The notes: generated by a model from the letters alone, not told the origin. 64,000 bases of DNA from Octopus vulgaris (GCA_951406725.2 OX597824.1:16120001-16184000), one strand, 5' to 3'. Positions 1 to 14,186 are shown, counted from the first letter of the stretch. Translations and numbers: made by a program.

Positions 1-440
1 TGTTTGTCCCCCCTGTGTGTAGCCCCTAGTGGGCAGTAAAGAAATAAGAAATGTTAATGTGTCGGACAAAATGTTAAGTGGAATTTCTTCCAGTTTTTTA
101 CGTTCTGAATTCATATTCTGTCGAAGAAAGCTTCGACTCTCATTTTGTTGATAACCGCCCCACCAAAAAAAAAAAAAACAAACAAAAAAAACAACAAAAA
201 AACAAAACAAAAAAACAAATTACAACTCGAGCTCTGGGGTCAATGTAATCGACATCCCGCTCCCCTTAAAATTGCTGGAATTGTGATTACATTTGAAAGA
301 AATATAATTACCGAAGCGGTGATCGGGCAGAATGGTTAGAGCGGCGGAAAAAAGTGTTAGCGGTAGTTCTTCCGATTCGTTACGTACCGAGTTCGAGTTC
401 GTGGTCAACGTAGTCTTTCATCCTTCACAGAAAAAAAAAA

Positions 441-635
441 ATGATTTCTAAAAGGAATCTGGAAATAACGGTGAAGTTGCTTAAGGACAGTTACGGTGAG
501 ACTGGGAAGACCATTTTAATCTACAAGGAAAGGTACAACAGGTGGAAGGAACAATGTAGATTCGAATCGTCAGCATACGAGGTAGAGTTTGATGAACTAC
601 CGTCAGTGGTTGATCTAAATGAATTTAAAGCATAA
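441..635 (+). pseudogene. Possible decayed mariner transposase N-terminal (HTH) fragment
   Basis: The ORF segment EITVKLLKDSYGET...YNRWKEQ...EVEFDE loosely resembles mariner N-termini (E.LKEAYG...WYKRFKEG.E.VEDE). No TIR or catalytic domain was seen. Confidence 0.3.
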
Positions 636-753
636 TATAAAAAGGGTTAAAAAAAAAAAGGAGTAAATTGTGTCTTTTTTTAAAAAAGAATAAAACAAAA
701 GATTCTAAGAGGATAAAAAGACTGATTATAAACGGACAGTAAGGACGTTTAAA

Positions 754-1168
754 TGGCGAGTTGGCAGAAACGTTAGCAAGCCGGGCGAAATGCTTAGCCG
801 TGTCCCGCCCGTCGCTACGTTCTGAGTTCAAATTCCGCCGAGGTCCACTTTGCCTTTTATCCTTTCGGGGTCGATAACTTAAGTACCAGTTACGCACTGG
901 GGTCGATGTAATCGACTTAAACCCTTTTTTCTGTTCTCTTTTGTCTCCTCTGTGTTTAGCCCCTTGTGGATAGTAAAGAAATAGGTATTTTGTGTACCGC
1001 TACGTTCTGAGTTCAAATTCCGCCGAGGTCCACTTTGCCTTTTATCCTTTCGGGGTCGATAACTTAAGTACCAGTTAAGCACTGGGATCGATGTAATCGA
1101 CTTAACCCCTTTGTCTGTCCTCTTTTGTCTCCTCTGTGTTTAGCCCCTTGTGGGTAATAAAGAAATAA
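754..1168 (+). mobile_element. tRNA-derived SINE family A, dimer (one head, two body/tail units)
   Basis: Head ggcgagttggcagaaacgttag (A box), B box gagttcaaattcc, body ctttcggggtcgat..aagtaccag, tail ttgtgggtaataaagaaata. It is flanked by gtttaaatgg on both sides. Confidence 0.9.
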
Positions 1169-1556
1169 GAAGGTTTAAATGGTACTGCATGAGAGTGGCG
1201 CGCATGTAGCCATTTTATCACCATCGATTTCATTATACATTTTACCAGTTTCCATTCGTTTTATATTTTTATCCCCACTGTGTTGTCCCGTCTGTCTTTG
1301 TGCTGTCCCCTCTGTGTTAGGCCCTTGTGGCTGTAATAAAAATCGTTGTTAGAATCGTCTGACTCCCTTTTCTCTAAAACTGTTGGCTTTATTACAACAT
1401 TTCGAAAGATCATTATTACTTTTCGTGTTATCATTACATAGATATGTAAATTAAGTACCAGTGGAACAATGGGGTCGATGTAACTGACTAATCCCCTCCC
1501 GCTACATTTCAGGCCTTTTGATTTTAGCAGTAAGTATTACTACGAGGATATGTGAA

Positions 1557-2350
1557 GCTGGCGAGATGGCAGAATCGTTAGCACGCCGGACGAAATATTT
1601 AGCGGTATTTCGTTTGTCTTTATGTTCAAATTCCGCCGATTCGACCTTGCCTTTCATTCTTTCGGGGTCGATAAATTAGGCACTAGTTGCGTATTGGCGT
1701 CGATCTAATCAACTGGCTCCTCCCCCCAAATTTCCGGCCTTGTGCCTAGAGTAGAAAATAATCGTTAGCATGCTGGGCAAAAGCCTTAGAGGAATTTCGT
1801 CTGCCGCAACTTTCTGAGTTCAAATTGCGCCGAGGTCGACTTAACATTTTACCCTTTTGGTGTCTATAAATTAACAACCAGTTGTATAGTGGAGTCGATC
1901 TAATCGACTGGCCCCTCCCACCAAATTTCCGGCCTTGTGCCTAGTGTAGAAAATAATCGTTAGCATGCTGGGCAAAAGCCTTAGAGGAATTTCGTCTGCC
2001 GCAACTTTCTGAGTTCAAATTGCGCCGAGGTCGACTTAACATTTTACCCTTTTGGTGTCTATAAATTAACAACCAGTTATATAGTGGGGTCGATCTAATC
2101 GATTGGACCCGCTCCCCAAAATTTCGGGCCTCGAGCCTTTAGTAGAGAGGATTATTATATAGATACGTAAAGTGGGGGATATGGCAGAATGGTTAGAATT
2201 CGAGGCAAAAATGCTCAGCGGCATTTCATCGATTATCCCGTTCTGAGTTCAAAATCCACCAAGGTCAACTTTACTTTTCATTTTCTTGGGCGCGGTAGAG
2301 TTTCGATAAAATAGGTACCAGTTGGTCACTGGTGTCGATGTAAGCGACTT
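1557..2350 (+). mobile_element. Cluster of older SINE A copies with the alternative tail (ccttgtgcctagagtagaaa), including a 195-bp local tandem duplication
   Basis: The same head and body motifs recur. Units starting at 1728 and 1923 are near-identical and share private variants (gggcaaaagccttagaggaatttcg). Confidence 0.85.
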
Positions 2351-2580
2351 ACCAATTCTCTCGAACCTGCTGACCTTCTACCAAAATTTGAAACCCTTAT
2401 TACAAAACTATTCCCGACTAAGAAAGCGGGACGATAAGAGATCAAGAAATGAATTGATGCGAGGTTTTGTGTGCTGGGAGTGTATTATAGGACACAGTAT
2501 AACGAAATGATTCCAGAATGGAATAGTAACTCACGTAGTCAACCAGAGAACGATGCATATCCATTCGTTAACCCATTTCT

Positions 2581-3690
<1,110 letters not shown>

Positions 3691-3973
3691 ACAGTTAGCA
3701 CACATTTTCTCATTGCTTTGGTATTTAATCTGAGCGGATTTTCCAGTCGTAGGTTGGTTGTAAGCTATATATTAGTTGACATAAAATGTCTTCGTGTAAT
3801 TGTATTAAGAAATAGCGAAGCTAGAGTTTATAACAGCTCCATTAACAGTAATGAATAGGGAATAGCAAATGCTTGGTAGATTAGGAGAACGTCCGTAAGG
3901 AAATAAATACTTGGTGAATGGAAACAATCAAACAAACTTAGTAACACATACCTTTATATTTATCCACATACTT

Positions 3974-4065
<92 letters not shown>

Positions 4066-4067
<2 letters not shown>

Positions 4068-4090
4068 TATAGGTATATATATACACACAC

Positions 4091-4130
<40 letters not shown>

Positions 4131-4231
4131 TATAATTGCACAAGCACATATATAGATACAAAAATAGATATTTTTGTATGTATGTATACACACCCACACA
4201 CACACACACACATATATATATAGGTATATAT

Positions 4232-4292
<61 letters not shown>

Positions 4293-4345
4293 TATAATTA
4301 CACAAGCACATGTATAGATACAAAATAGATATTTTTGTAGGTATA
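4066..4345. repeat. ~160-bp tandem duplication of a (TA)n-containing unit
   Basis: taggtataatt(g/a)cacaagcacat(a/g)tatagatacaaaa(a)tagatatttttgta occurs at ~4127 and ~4289. Confidence 0.8.
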
Positions 4346-4392
4346 TATGTATACACATATATATATATATATATATGTCTATAGAGATAGGC

Positions 4393-4442
<50 letters not shown>

Positions 4443-5030
4443 GCTGTTGGTGGTGGAAATGAAATGGTAAACTATAATGATCCAATGGAAGAAAAACAGA
4501 CCTTTAAGCCATCACCGTGCTTTATCTGCGAAATACAAAAGAAAAATTATGTGAATATAATATACGTGAAACAAATTGTCGAATAAACAATTCGTAAAAT
4601 ACTCCGTTTTACTCTCACACACTTTCCCCTTGTAAACTCCTTATATATATACTTTGGTATATATTTATGGATATGTATATATTTATGTATGTATGTATAC
4701 TTGCGCGGGAATTTACTTGTGTATACGGGCACACACACACACGTAGGCATATATATTGGTGTATATGTAGAAGACGCCGAAACGACGGTTCCATTTATAC
4801 TCTTCAAGATATAAGTATATGCATGTATGTATATAGGGACACACACACACACACATACACACACTCTTATATATATACATGTGTGTGTGTGTGTGTGATA
4901 TACTTTTGTATGTGCGCATCAAACTTCAATATATAGACGCATATATACACACATGCGGGCGCGCGGACACACACATGTTATATGAGCTTGCTTGAGTGTG
5001 AGTTTACAGTCGTAAATATACATACGCGTG

Positions 5031-5073
<43 letters not shown>

Positions 5074-5236
5074 ATATGTATGTATGTATGTATACGCACA
5101 TATATGCATAGATATTTAGGCATACACACGCATACTTACATGCATTAATATATATATACGTATATATAAACCTACATACATACACATATATATGTTTGTG
5201 CATAGCATACGTACATACATACGCACAAACACGTAT

Positions 5237-5295
<59 letters not shown>

Positions 5296-5313
5296 TATAT
5301 CAATATATACATG

Positions 5314-5345
<32 letters not shown>

Positions 5346-5379
5346 CTATATATATACATACATACATATATATATATAT

Positions 5380-5414
<35 letters not shown>

Positions 5415-5422
5415 CTATATAT

Positions 5423-5453
<31 letters not shown>

Positions 5454-5752
5454 CTATATACTATATATATATATATCAACTGGGAAAGACTAAATACGGC
5501 ATGCGATTTCGGTGTGAAGTACAAAGCATTATATCTGATTGCCTAACAGTGGGAAAACTTATGGCAAAGGCATCACAGAACTGCTAATTCAATTGTGTTC
5601 CAATTTGAAAAATCTGTTTTATAAATTAGATCATGACAGAATTAGATATGAATCTTGCAAAGTTTCTATTAGAGTTTCAAATGATCCTGCAGGACATTTA
5701 CAATTTATATTTCGAAGACTTTTATCAATGTATTCGTTTGCGTCTATTAGTT

Positions 5753-5770
5753 TTATTATTATTATTATTA

Positions 5771-5847
<77 letters not shown>

Positions 5848-5860
5848 GTTATTATTATGT
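5753..5860. repeat. (ATT)n microsatellite
   Basis: Directly visible. Confidence 0.95.
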
Positions 5861-5984
5861 ATTATATATTTCGTTATGTATTTTTGTGGGTTTTTTTTCC
5901 CCCGTTATTTTGAAAGTTGTTTCGTGATTCCTGTTACCATTTTGTAGTTTGTGAAGTTGATGTTGTTTTTGCTGTTGTTGTTAT

Positions 5985-6034
<50 letters not shown>

Positions 6035-6045
6035 ATATGTATATA

Positions 6046-6094
<49 letters not shown>

Positions 6095-6128
6095 ATCGAC
6101 ACATATGTGCGTATATATATGCATAAGC

Positions 6129-6188
<60 letters not shown>

Positions 6189-6669
6189 GTACATGGATGT
6201 ATGTATGAATGTGTCAGCGTACTTATTTTAGGATTTTCCATTTCATTTTCGTCAATATTAACAACTTTAGGAGATGTCTGAAAGAAAAATCGAAATCTAG
6301 CGGAGTGATGGTTTTTTTTTTTTAAGAATTGGTGGAGTGACAAACAGACAGAAACGGAAAGTAAGGGAAAACGGAAGAGAGACAGAGAGGGGGGGGAGAA
6401 ACAAAAAACAAAACAAAACAAAAAACGAAATAAATAAACAAAAGACAGAAGACAAATATGCTTATGATGATACTGATGTTGGTGCCGGAGAAGGATGTAA
6501 TATATAGTTTGATGTAGTTGATAGTTGTGATGATGATGATGATGATGACGACTGTATTGGTCTTCATTGTGATGATGATTATGATGATGGGTAACGTGGT
6601 GGTGGTGGTGGTGGTGGTGGTGTTTATGATAATCATGATATTGTGACGATAATGATAGGTGTAGTCTCG

Positions 6670-7910
6670 AGTGAGCCTGGCAGAAACGTTAGCACGCCGG
6701 GTGAAATGCTTAGCGGCATTTCGTCTGCGTTACGTTGTGAGTTCAAATTCCGCCGAGTTCGACTTTGCCTTTCATCCTTTCGGGGTCGATTAATTAAGTA
6801 TCAGTTACGCACTGGGGTCGATGTAATCGATTTAATCCGTGTGTCTGTCCTTGCTTGTCTCCTCTGTGTTTAGCCCCTTGTGGGTAGTAAAGAAATAGGT
6901 ATTTTGTCTGTCTTTACGTTCTGAGTTCAAATTCCGCCGAGGTCGACTTTGCCTTTCATCCTTTCGGGGTCGATAAATTAGGTACCAGTTACGCACCGGG
7001 GTCGATGTAATCGACTTAATCCGTTTGTCTGTCCTTGTTTGTCCCCTATGTGTTTAGCCCCTTGTGGGTAATAAAGAAATAATAGGTATAAGTTTTGATG
7101 GCTTTGGTGAAGATGATGAGGAAGGCAACGATAATGCGGACAACGACGACGATGTTGATGATGATGGTGATGATGACGGTGCTGACGAGGATGGGGATTT
7201 GGTTTGTGGTTTCCATGGTGTTGCTGTCGTTGATGACCGTGACGGAGATGATAATGATATTTACGAGGGAGTTGGCGGTACTGATAAAAGCGCTGGTGAC
7301 AATGGCGATAATGATAACAGTTGCGGTGGTCGTGCTGATGACGACCACAATGATGATGGTGATGATAATGCGTAGTCGTATTTCGTCTGCCGCTACGTTC
7401 TGAGTTCAAATTCCGCCGAGGTCGACTTTGCCTTTCATCCTTTCGGGGTCGATTAATTAAGTACCAGTTACGCACTGGGGTCGATGTAATCGATTTAATC
7501 CGTGTGTCTGTCCTTGCTTGTCTCCTCTGTGTTTAGCCCCTTGTGGGTAATAAAGAAATAGGTATTTTGTCTGTCTTTACGTTCTGAGTTCTAATTCCGC
7601 CGAGGTCGACTTTGCCTTTCATCCTTTCGAGGTCGATTTAATAAGTATCAGTTACGCACTGGGGTCAATATAATCGACTTAATCCGTTTGTCTGTCCTTG
7701 TTTGTCCTCTCTGTGTTTAGCCCCTTGTGGGTAGTAAAGAAAAAGGTATTTCGTTTGTCTTTATATTCTGAGTTCTAATTCCGCCGAGGTCGACTTTGCC
7801 TTTCATCCTTTCGGGGTCGATTAAATAAGTACCAGTTGCGTACAGAGGTCGATCTAATCGACTGGACCCTCCCCTAAAATGTCCGGCTTTGTGCCTAGAG
7901 TAGAAAAGAA
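6670..7910 (+). mobile_element. SINE A tandem array (2 units + 3 units) split by a ~290-bp degenerate (GAT/GAC/GGT)n tract
   Basis: One head at ~6670. Headless units are joined at aagaaata|ggtattt, and the last unit carries the alternative tail gtgcctagagtagaaaag. Confidence 0.9.
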
Positions 7911-8441
7911 TATGTACTTAAAGACAATGTTAAAATATTCATATTTTGGTTTTGCTCGTGGTTTCTTTTGCTATTTTGCATTGTAACTTAGTGTTCTATT
8001 TTAATTGTCATCTATGTATGAAACGTGCTATTTCGTGTGATCATTTTTTTTTTCATTCTAAAGGCACAAGGCTTGAAATTTTGTAGGAGGGGGCGGGTTT
8101 ATTACTTCGATCCCAGACCTTAACTGGTACTTTATTTGATCAAACCAGGAACGATGAAATGTAAACTAGACCTAAACTAGACCCCGATGGCATTTTGAAC
8201 TTAGAAGATAAAGCCAGAAGAAATGCTACAAAAATATTATTCCAATGCTGTAACGATATTTCCAGAAGACCCCCCTCCTCCACCCGCTTACAAACTCGTT
8301 TGAACTGGGAGCAGAGATAGCAATTATGAAGAGAAGGGGTTAATCGGTAAACCGACTGCAGTGCTACTGGAGGAATGAAAAACCAAATTCACCTCAAAGG
8401 GATTTGGATTAAGGAGGTCAAATCCGGATTAAAGACCATAA

Positions 8442-8646
8442 TGTATTTTAGTTACATTATTTACATTGGACAGATTTGTGTCCTCATCTTTGTTGTTACC
8501 ACAACGTTTCGGCTGATTTACTCTCCATCCTTCATCAGATGCCCTGAAGGAATTTTGAACCCAACCCTGGGTTCTCATTCCTAAGGTAACAACAAACATG
8601 ATAAGGACACATATCTGTCCTATGTAAATAATGTAAATAATATACA
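8442..8646 (-). mobile_element. Fold-back element carrying a hammerhead motif (probable non-autonomous Penelope-like remnant)
   Basis: Imperfect ~60-bp inverted arms at 8442-8500 and 8585-8646 enclose a minimal hammerhead motif. Confidence 0.65.
8500..8541 (-). ncRNA. Minimal hammerhead ribozyme motif
   Basis: The minus strand reads cat-CTGATGA-a-ggatg[gagagtaaat]cagcc-GAAAC-GTT-gtg: intact core, stem II with one mismatch, palindromic stem III, GUU triplet. Confidence 0.65.
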
Positions 8647-8659
8647 GAATTCCTCATAC

Positions 8660-8874
8660 TCTCTTTTACTCTCCTTTACTCTCTATTACTTGTTTCAGTT
8701 ATTTGACTGTGGCCATGCTGGAGCACCGCCCTTTTAGTCGAGCAAATCGACCCCAAGACTTATTCTTTGTAAGCCTAGTACTTATTCTATCGGTCTCTTT
8801 CGCCGAACCGCTAAGTTACGGGGATGTAAACACACCAGCATCGATGTTGGGGGGACAAACACAGACACACACAA

Positions 8875-8905
<31 letters not shown>

Positions 8906-9075
8906 CATATATACGGCTGGCTTCTTTCAGTTTCCGTCTACCAAATCCACTCACAAGGCTTTGGCCGGCCCGAGGCTATAGTAGAAGACACTTGCCCAGG
9001 GTATCATGTAGTGGGACGGAACCCGGAACCATGTGGTTGGAAAAGCAAGCTACTTACCACACAGCCACTCCAACG
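8660..9075 (-). mobile_element. tRNA-derived SINE family B (internal microsatellite, (AAGAGTA)n tail)
   Basis: Reverse complement of head gtggctgtgtggtaagtagcttgc..ggttccgggttc, body gagtggatttggtagacggaaactgaaagaag, and tail atgactgaaacaagtaaaagag. Confidence 0.9.
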
Positions 9076-9197
9076 CCTCTCTAAAATATATAACAGAATG
9101 TATTTTGACACAGTCAAACGATTCTGCCAGGTCGATGCTCAAACCATTCCACCAAAGGAACAACAGTGAAAGCAGTAACGATGGTATGAGATGCACA

Positions 9198-9376
9198 CAT
9201 ATCTGTCGTTACATTGTGAGTTCAAATTCCGCCGAGGTCGACTTTGCCTTTCATCCTTTCGGGGTCGATAAATTAAGTACCAGTTACACACTGGGGTCGA
9301 TGTAATCGACTTAATACCTATGTCTGTCCTTGTTTGTCCTCTCTGTGTTTAGCCCCTTGTGGGTAATAAAGAAATA
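9198..9376 (+). mobile_element. 5'-truncated SINE A with 15-bp TSD
   Basis: TSD ggtatgagatgcaca at 9183-9197 and 9377-9391. Confidence 0.9.
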
Positions 9377-9759
9377 GGTATGAGATGCACATGCAAGAAT
9401 AGAAGTAAAATATCGTAATCAACGGAAAGAACAATCCAAGAAGGAATGCTTTCTGTAGGAACCAGGAAATTAATAGAAATTTCGTTAAATCATTTCGCTT
9501 CTATTTTACTGCAGTGTGTGGTTGGTGAGGTATTGCCCGGAAGCAAATTCTTTTTTGATGACATTTTTAACAGTGACGATTATATTATTGTTGTATCACT
9601 AATGCCACAAACAGCCATTTGATAATAATACCTGCGCAAAAGAATATATATCTATATATATATACACATATATACACATAAAATCATGCATAATACACAC
9701 ACACACACACACACAAATATATATATATATATGTATATATATTCGTTGTTTTTTTATTC

Positions 9760-9898
9760 ATTTGTTTCAGTCATTTTGACTGTGGCCTTGCTGGAGCACC
9801 GCCTTTATTCGAGCAAACGACACCAGGACTTATTCTTTTGTAAGCCTAGTACTTATTCTATCGGCCCCTCTTGTGCGAAACCGCTAAGTTACGGGGAC

Positions 9899-9947
<49 letters not shown>

Positions 9948-10085
9948 GGGTGTTGTGGTGAGAAGGTTGCTTCGTAACCACATGGTTCTGGGCTCAGTCC
10001 AACTGCGTGGCACAGTGGGTAAGTGTTTCTACTCTAGCGTCGGGCCGGCCGACCAAAGCCTTCCTAGTGGATTTGATATACAGAA
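9760..10085. mobile_element. Two partial SINE B pieces: tail on minus, head on plus, separated by (TA)n
   Basis: gtttcagtcattttgactgtggcc..aagttacggggacgt, then aaccacatggttctgggctcagtcc.. Confidence 0.75.
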
Positions 10086-10102
10086 ACTAGAAGAAGCTTG
10101 TC

Positions 10103-10135
<33 letters not shown>

Positions 10136-10288
10136 CATACGCATATATATATATATGTGTGTGTGTTTGTGTATAAAATAAAATAAGTTAATATCTCTGG
10201 AAATTATAAAATACTTAAAGTGATAAAAATATCATCGCTTTAAATACCGTTGAAATATTCTGCCCAGAAAATAAAAAATATAAACCTA

Positions 10289-10522
10289 CAAGATGCGGCA
10301 GAAAGGTTGCGCCGATTTCAAAGGTTAAAAAACAAACACCAGAAAATGCATGAAAAACATTGTATTTCTATGAAGTTCATTAAATGCCATATTTTTTTTT
10401 TCTGTTTCAGGTAGTACCCACCGTGGCCTGGAGTGGAGAGCATCAGTTTTCTTGTATCTTCATGTGTTTTTTTTTTTTTTTATGAAGCTTTGAAATCCGG
10501 GCAACCTTTCTGCCGCATCCTG
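10289..10522. mobile_element. Tc1/mariner-type MITE (234 bp)
   Basis: ~34-bp TIRs caagatgcggcagaaaggttgcgccgatttcaaag / ctttgaaatccgggcaacctttctgccgcatcctg. TA precedes the left end, and the terminus is CA(A/G)G-type. Confidence 0.7.
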
Positions 10523-10539
10523 AACATAGTAAGGAAACA

Positions 10540-10606
<67 letters not shown>

Positions 10607-10677
10607 CCCTGTAGGTTAAAGTCCTAATAGTGCAAATATTCAGAAATAGATGCGAATGTATCAATACATACATATAT

Positions 10678-11086
10678 AGGCGCAGGAGTGGCTGTGTGGT
10701 AAGTAGCTTGCATACCAACCACATGGTTCCGGGTTCGGTCCCACTGCGTGGCACTCTTCTACTATAGCCTCGGGCCGACCAAAACCTTGTGAGTGGATTT
10801 GGTAGACGGAAACTGAAAGAAGCCCGTCGTATATATGTATATGTATGTATGCGTGTGTGTGTGTGTGTTTGTGTGTCTGTGTTTGTCCCTCTAGCATTGC
10901 TTGACAATCGATACTGGTGTGTTTATGTCCCCGTCACTTAGCGGTTCGGCAAAAGAGACCGATAAAATAAGTACTGGGCTTACAAAGAATAAGTCCCGGG
11001 GTCGAGTTGCTCGACTAAAGACGGTGCTCCAGCATGGCCGTAGTTAAATGACTGAAAAAAGTAAAAGAGTAAAAGAGTAAAAGAGT
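10678..11086 (+). mobile_element. SINE B, near full length
   Basis: Head aggcgcaggagtggctgtgtggtaag through to the (aaagagta)3 tail. Confidence 0.92.
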
Positions 11087-11130
11087 ATATACATATGAAT
11101 GTACTGATTCGGGTTTGGCTCTTCTTTGTC

Positions 11131-11349
11131 CCCTTAGCATTTAAACTGGCCATATCCGGTCCAAATATTCTACGTATTTTATGTTCGAACTAGTCAGATC
11201 CAGCCTCTCACGCCTATCCTGCAATGTCATTCTAAAAATTAACAATCACATCAGCAAAACCATGAAGCTACAGAGTAATGTATGGTTAATTCAAAATAGC
11301 ACGAATAAATAAGCGTTACATTTAGTACGGTAATCTGAATGCTAAAGGT
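11131..11349. mobile_element. piggyBac-like MITE remnant
   Basis: Termini cccttagcatttaaac / tctgaatgctaaagg, followed by TTAA on the right. Confidence 0.55.
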
Positions 11350-11592
11350 TTAAACATCCTTAATTTGCTTGCTGTAGAATTAAATGCTGGTGTAACTTCT
11401 ACTGAAATGTTTCATTAGGATGTTAATCGAAGCGGTACCTGGCTACTCCAACACGTTTTCCGTTGTCTCTCAAGGAGTTGCCGCATCTTCAAAATGTTTT
11501 GTGTTTTAAGGTGCACACGCACGTACACATTCCCCCGCATACTCACACACAAACACACACATATACGCACATACACATATACAGACATACAC

Positions 11593-11633
<41 letters not shown>

Positions 11634-11709
11634 TAACAATTTGACAAATAAAACATATGCATGCATACATACATATATGTACATACCTACATTTATATGT
11701 ATATATACA

Positions 11710-11771
<62 letters not shown>

Positions 11772-11783
<12 letters not shown>

Positions 11784-12103
11784 GAAATGAGGTAATCAGA
11801 AGATCGGATGGTTCATGTTTATAGATATTTATTTATATATTACATTTTTTACATATATATATCATATCATTCAGATCATATCATTCAGATTATTAGCGCT
11901 TTCTCCCATTCCAGTGGGGTTTTCAAATCCATTCCTGTGGGATTTGATCTGAAAACCCCACTGGAATGGGAGAAAGCGCTAATAATCTGAATGATATGAT
12001 CTGAATGATATGATATATATATGTAAAAAATGTAATATATAAATAAATATCTATAAACATGAACCATCCGATCTTCTGATTACCTCATTTCTTCTAATAT
12101 ATA
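11772..12103. repeat. Long palindrome with 154-bp arms and a 24-bp spacer, abutting (TA)n
   Basis: 11772-11925 is the reverse complement of 11950-12103, with no mismatch found by eye. The ORF track gives near-identical peptides on both strands. Confidence 0.92.
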
Positions 12104-12128
12104 ATACCTGTACATCATCTCCAAACCT

Positions 12129-12173
<45 letters not shown>

Positions 12174-12287
12174 TACAGGACACCACAAATAATCGTAGAA
12201 CACAACGAGAAACGAAAACATAAAAACAGACTTTTTTAACAACGAAAATATATATAAATAGTGGTTTTGTCTCTAATTAATATTATA

Positions 12288-12340
<53 letters not shown>

Positions 12341-12344
<4 letters not shown>

Positions 12345-12530
12345 AAAAGTTTGAATGGTACCACAATGCACTATAATACAAAAAATGATATTCTTAGATG
12401 GAATCGCTGTTAAGAATATCTGAAGAAGAAATTTATTCCGAAATATTATTATGGATGACTAAATTACAACAGGTATATAGCTCATTGTTTGTATTACAGT
12501 GCATTGTTGTACCATTCAGAACTTTTTATT
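12341..12530 (+). mobile_element. Fold-back element with a degenerate hammerhead motif, next to (TA)n
   Basis: Arms at 12341-12382 and 12488-12530. Inside are at-CTGAAGA-agaa[attta]ttcc-GAAA-ta-TT-at (12418-12449) and a 10-bp hairpin gatattctta/taagaatatc. Confidence 0.6.
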
Positions 12531-12584
12531 CTTTACAAACAATACACAATGCTTCAAGCGAACTACAATACTCTCCTATATATG

Positions 12585-12618
<34 letters not shown>

Positions 12619-12658
12619 CGTATGTATGTATGCATGTATGTATTTATATATATATATA

Positions 12659-13224
12659 CACTTGCGTCGGAAATTAATTAGCACTTCTCAAATTTCTACA
12701 TTTTCTTATATTTTCTTCATTTAATTAACTTATTATCAGAAACGAACTCGTTTTTAATCAAAAATTTATTAAAACATATCCCAGCACACCACATAATTGT
12801 TATTAATCGTAAATTCAGTCAATATCTTGTTGCACCTCCTTTGGCAGCAATGACAGCTGCTACGCGGGTCGGCATGTTGTCTATGAGTGCCTGCAGGTAC
12901 TGTGCAGGGATGGCCCCTCATGCAGCAAGAAGTGCCCCAAACAGCTCGTGACGGTTCCTGTATTGCTGCACATTCAAATCCCTACCCAATCGACTCCAGA
13001 GGTTCTCAATAGGGTTCAGGTCAGGTGACTGGCCAGCACGTACTCCTCGCCACCAAAGAGGTATCCCGTACTATCTCAACGTACTTTGCTGCGTTGATGT
13101 TGCCTTCGACGGCATAGAGCTGCCCAACACCACTGTAGCTGAACGCCCCTCACACCATCAGACCACTTCCACCATGCTTCATGGTGAGCAAATCAAGGGT
13201 GCTAATTAATTTCTGACGGTAGTG
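12659..13224 (-). mobile_element. Internally deleted Tc1-like (DD34E-type) transposon retaining both TIRs
   Basis: TIRs cacttgcgtcggaaattaattagcac / gtgctaattaatttctgacggtagtg with TA on both sides. Minus-strand remnants read [30 protein letters not shown], and MPTRVAAVIAAKGGATRY*. Confidence 0.92.
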
Positions 13225-13227
13225 TAT

Positions 13228-13331
<104 letters not shown>

Positions 13332-13521
13332 GTATGTATATACGTATGTATGTACGTGTGTGTGTATATGCATTCCTCTACATATATACGTATACATCTA
13401 AATATGAAGGTACGATTTTACTGCGACTCAGATTTGGGCGTTGCTAATATTATTTACATTTAGTTTAGAAACCAGCTGAAAAATATTCAAGGGGACAAAG
13501 CAATTTTATAAGAAAGCATAC

Positions 13522-13567
13522 GTAAACAACATCGGAGCCTGCTGCGTTCGGATGCATTAATGCTATC
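13522..13567 (-). other. Candidate 46-nt exon (DSINASERSRLRCCL)
   Basis: Pyrimidine tract with tag| acceptor and |gtatgc donor in unique sequence. No homology recognised. Confidence 0.2.
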
Positions 13568-13789
13568 CTATATTGAGTCGGACAACGAATACGGGACGAA
13601 GGAAAAAGTACAAAAATACAAAACAGAAACAAATAAACAATATGGCTGCTGCAACAGTGTTGCATTTTTTTTTTTTTTTTGCTGTCTAATCTAAAAAATA
13701 TGGCGGACATTTTCGCTAAGATCAAATGTTCAACAATCATTATACCTCATTCATGACAGATTAAATTGAAATATTACATGAAATTACCA

Positions 13790-13848
13790 TGAATAATAAT
13801 AAAATGATGATGATGATATTAATAATAATAATAATAATAATAATAATC

Positions 13849-13906
<58 letters not shown>

Positions 13907-13929
13907 TGATGATGATGATGATGATGATG

Positions 13930-13997
<68 letters not shown>

Positions 13998-14046
13998 CAT
14001 AATAACGATAATAATAATAATACTGTAAATGATTATAATAATAATA
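13790..14046. repeat. (AAT)n/(GAT)n microsatellite
   Basis: Directly visible. Confidence 0.95.
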
Positions 14047-14047
14047 C

Positions 14048-14186
14048 ATCTAAGTCCGTAAGGTCAGCGGAATATGACGTTAATAAGATGGGTTTGGTTA
14101 GCATGGGCTTCTCAAAATTTGGTTTTTCACTTGTTGACATTTTGATTATAAGCAGGAGGTAAACGAAGCTATGTTAGGTTGTAGGA
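14048..14186 (-). other. Candidate exon with ATG at 14140 (MSTSEKPNFEKPMLTKPILLTSYSADLTDLD)
   Basis: Acceptor attatcttttacag|, aaaATG context, and a weak donor |gtatta in phase 0 compatible with the 13522-13567 candidate. Confidence 0.2.

Noticed and set aside
5539-5750. Unique-looking ORF segment (..SNDPAGHLQFIFRRLLS) as a retroelement or host exon
   Set aside because: There is no diagnostic motif or convincing splice sites, and the rest of the ORF is (ATT)n.
6978-7475. His-, Asp- or Ile-rich ORFs in four frames
   Set aside because: They come from a degenerate trinucleotide tract plus antisense SINE, and are open in many frames.
11479-11489. 11-bp complement (tgccgcatctt) of the 10289 TIR as a competing docking/selector site
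   Set aside because: It is too short to distinguish from chance, and there is no duplicated-exon cluster.
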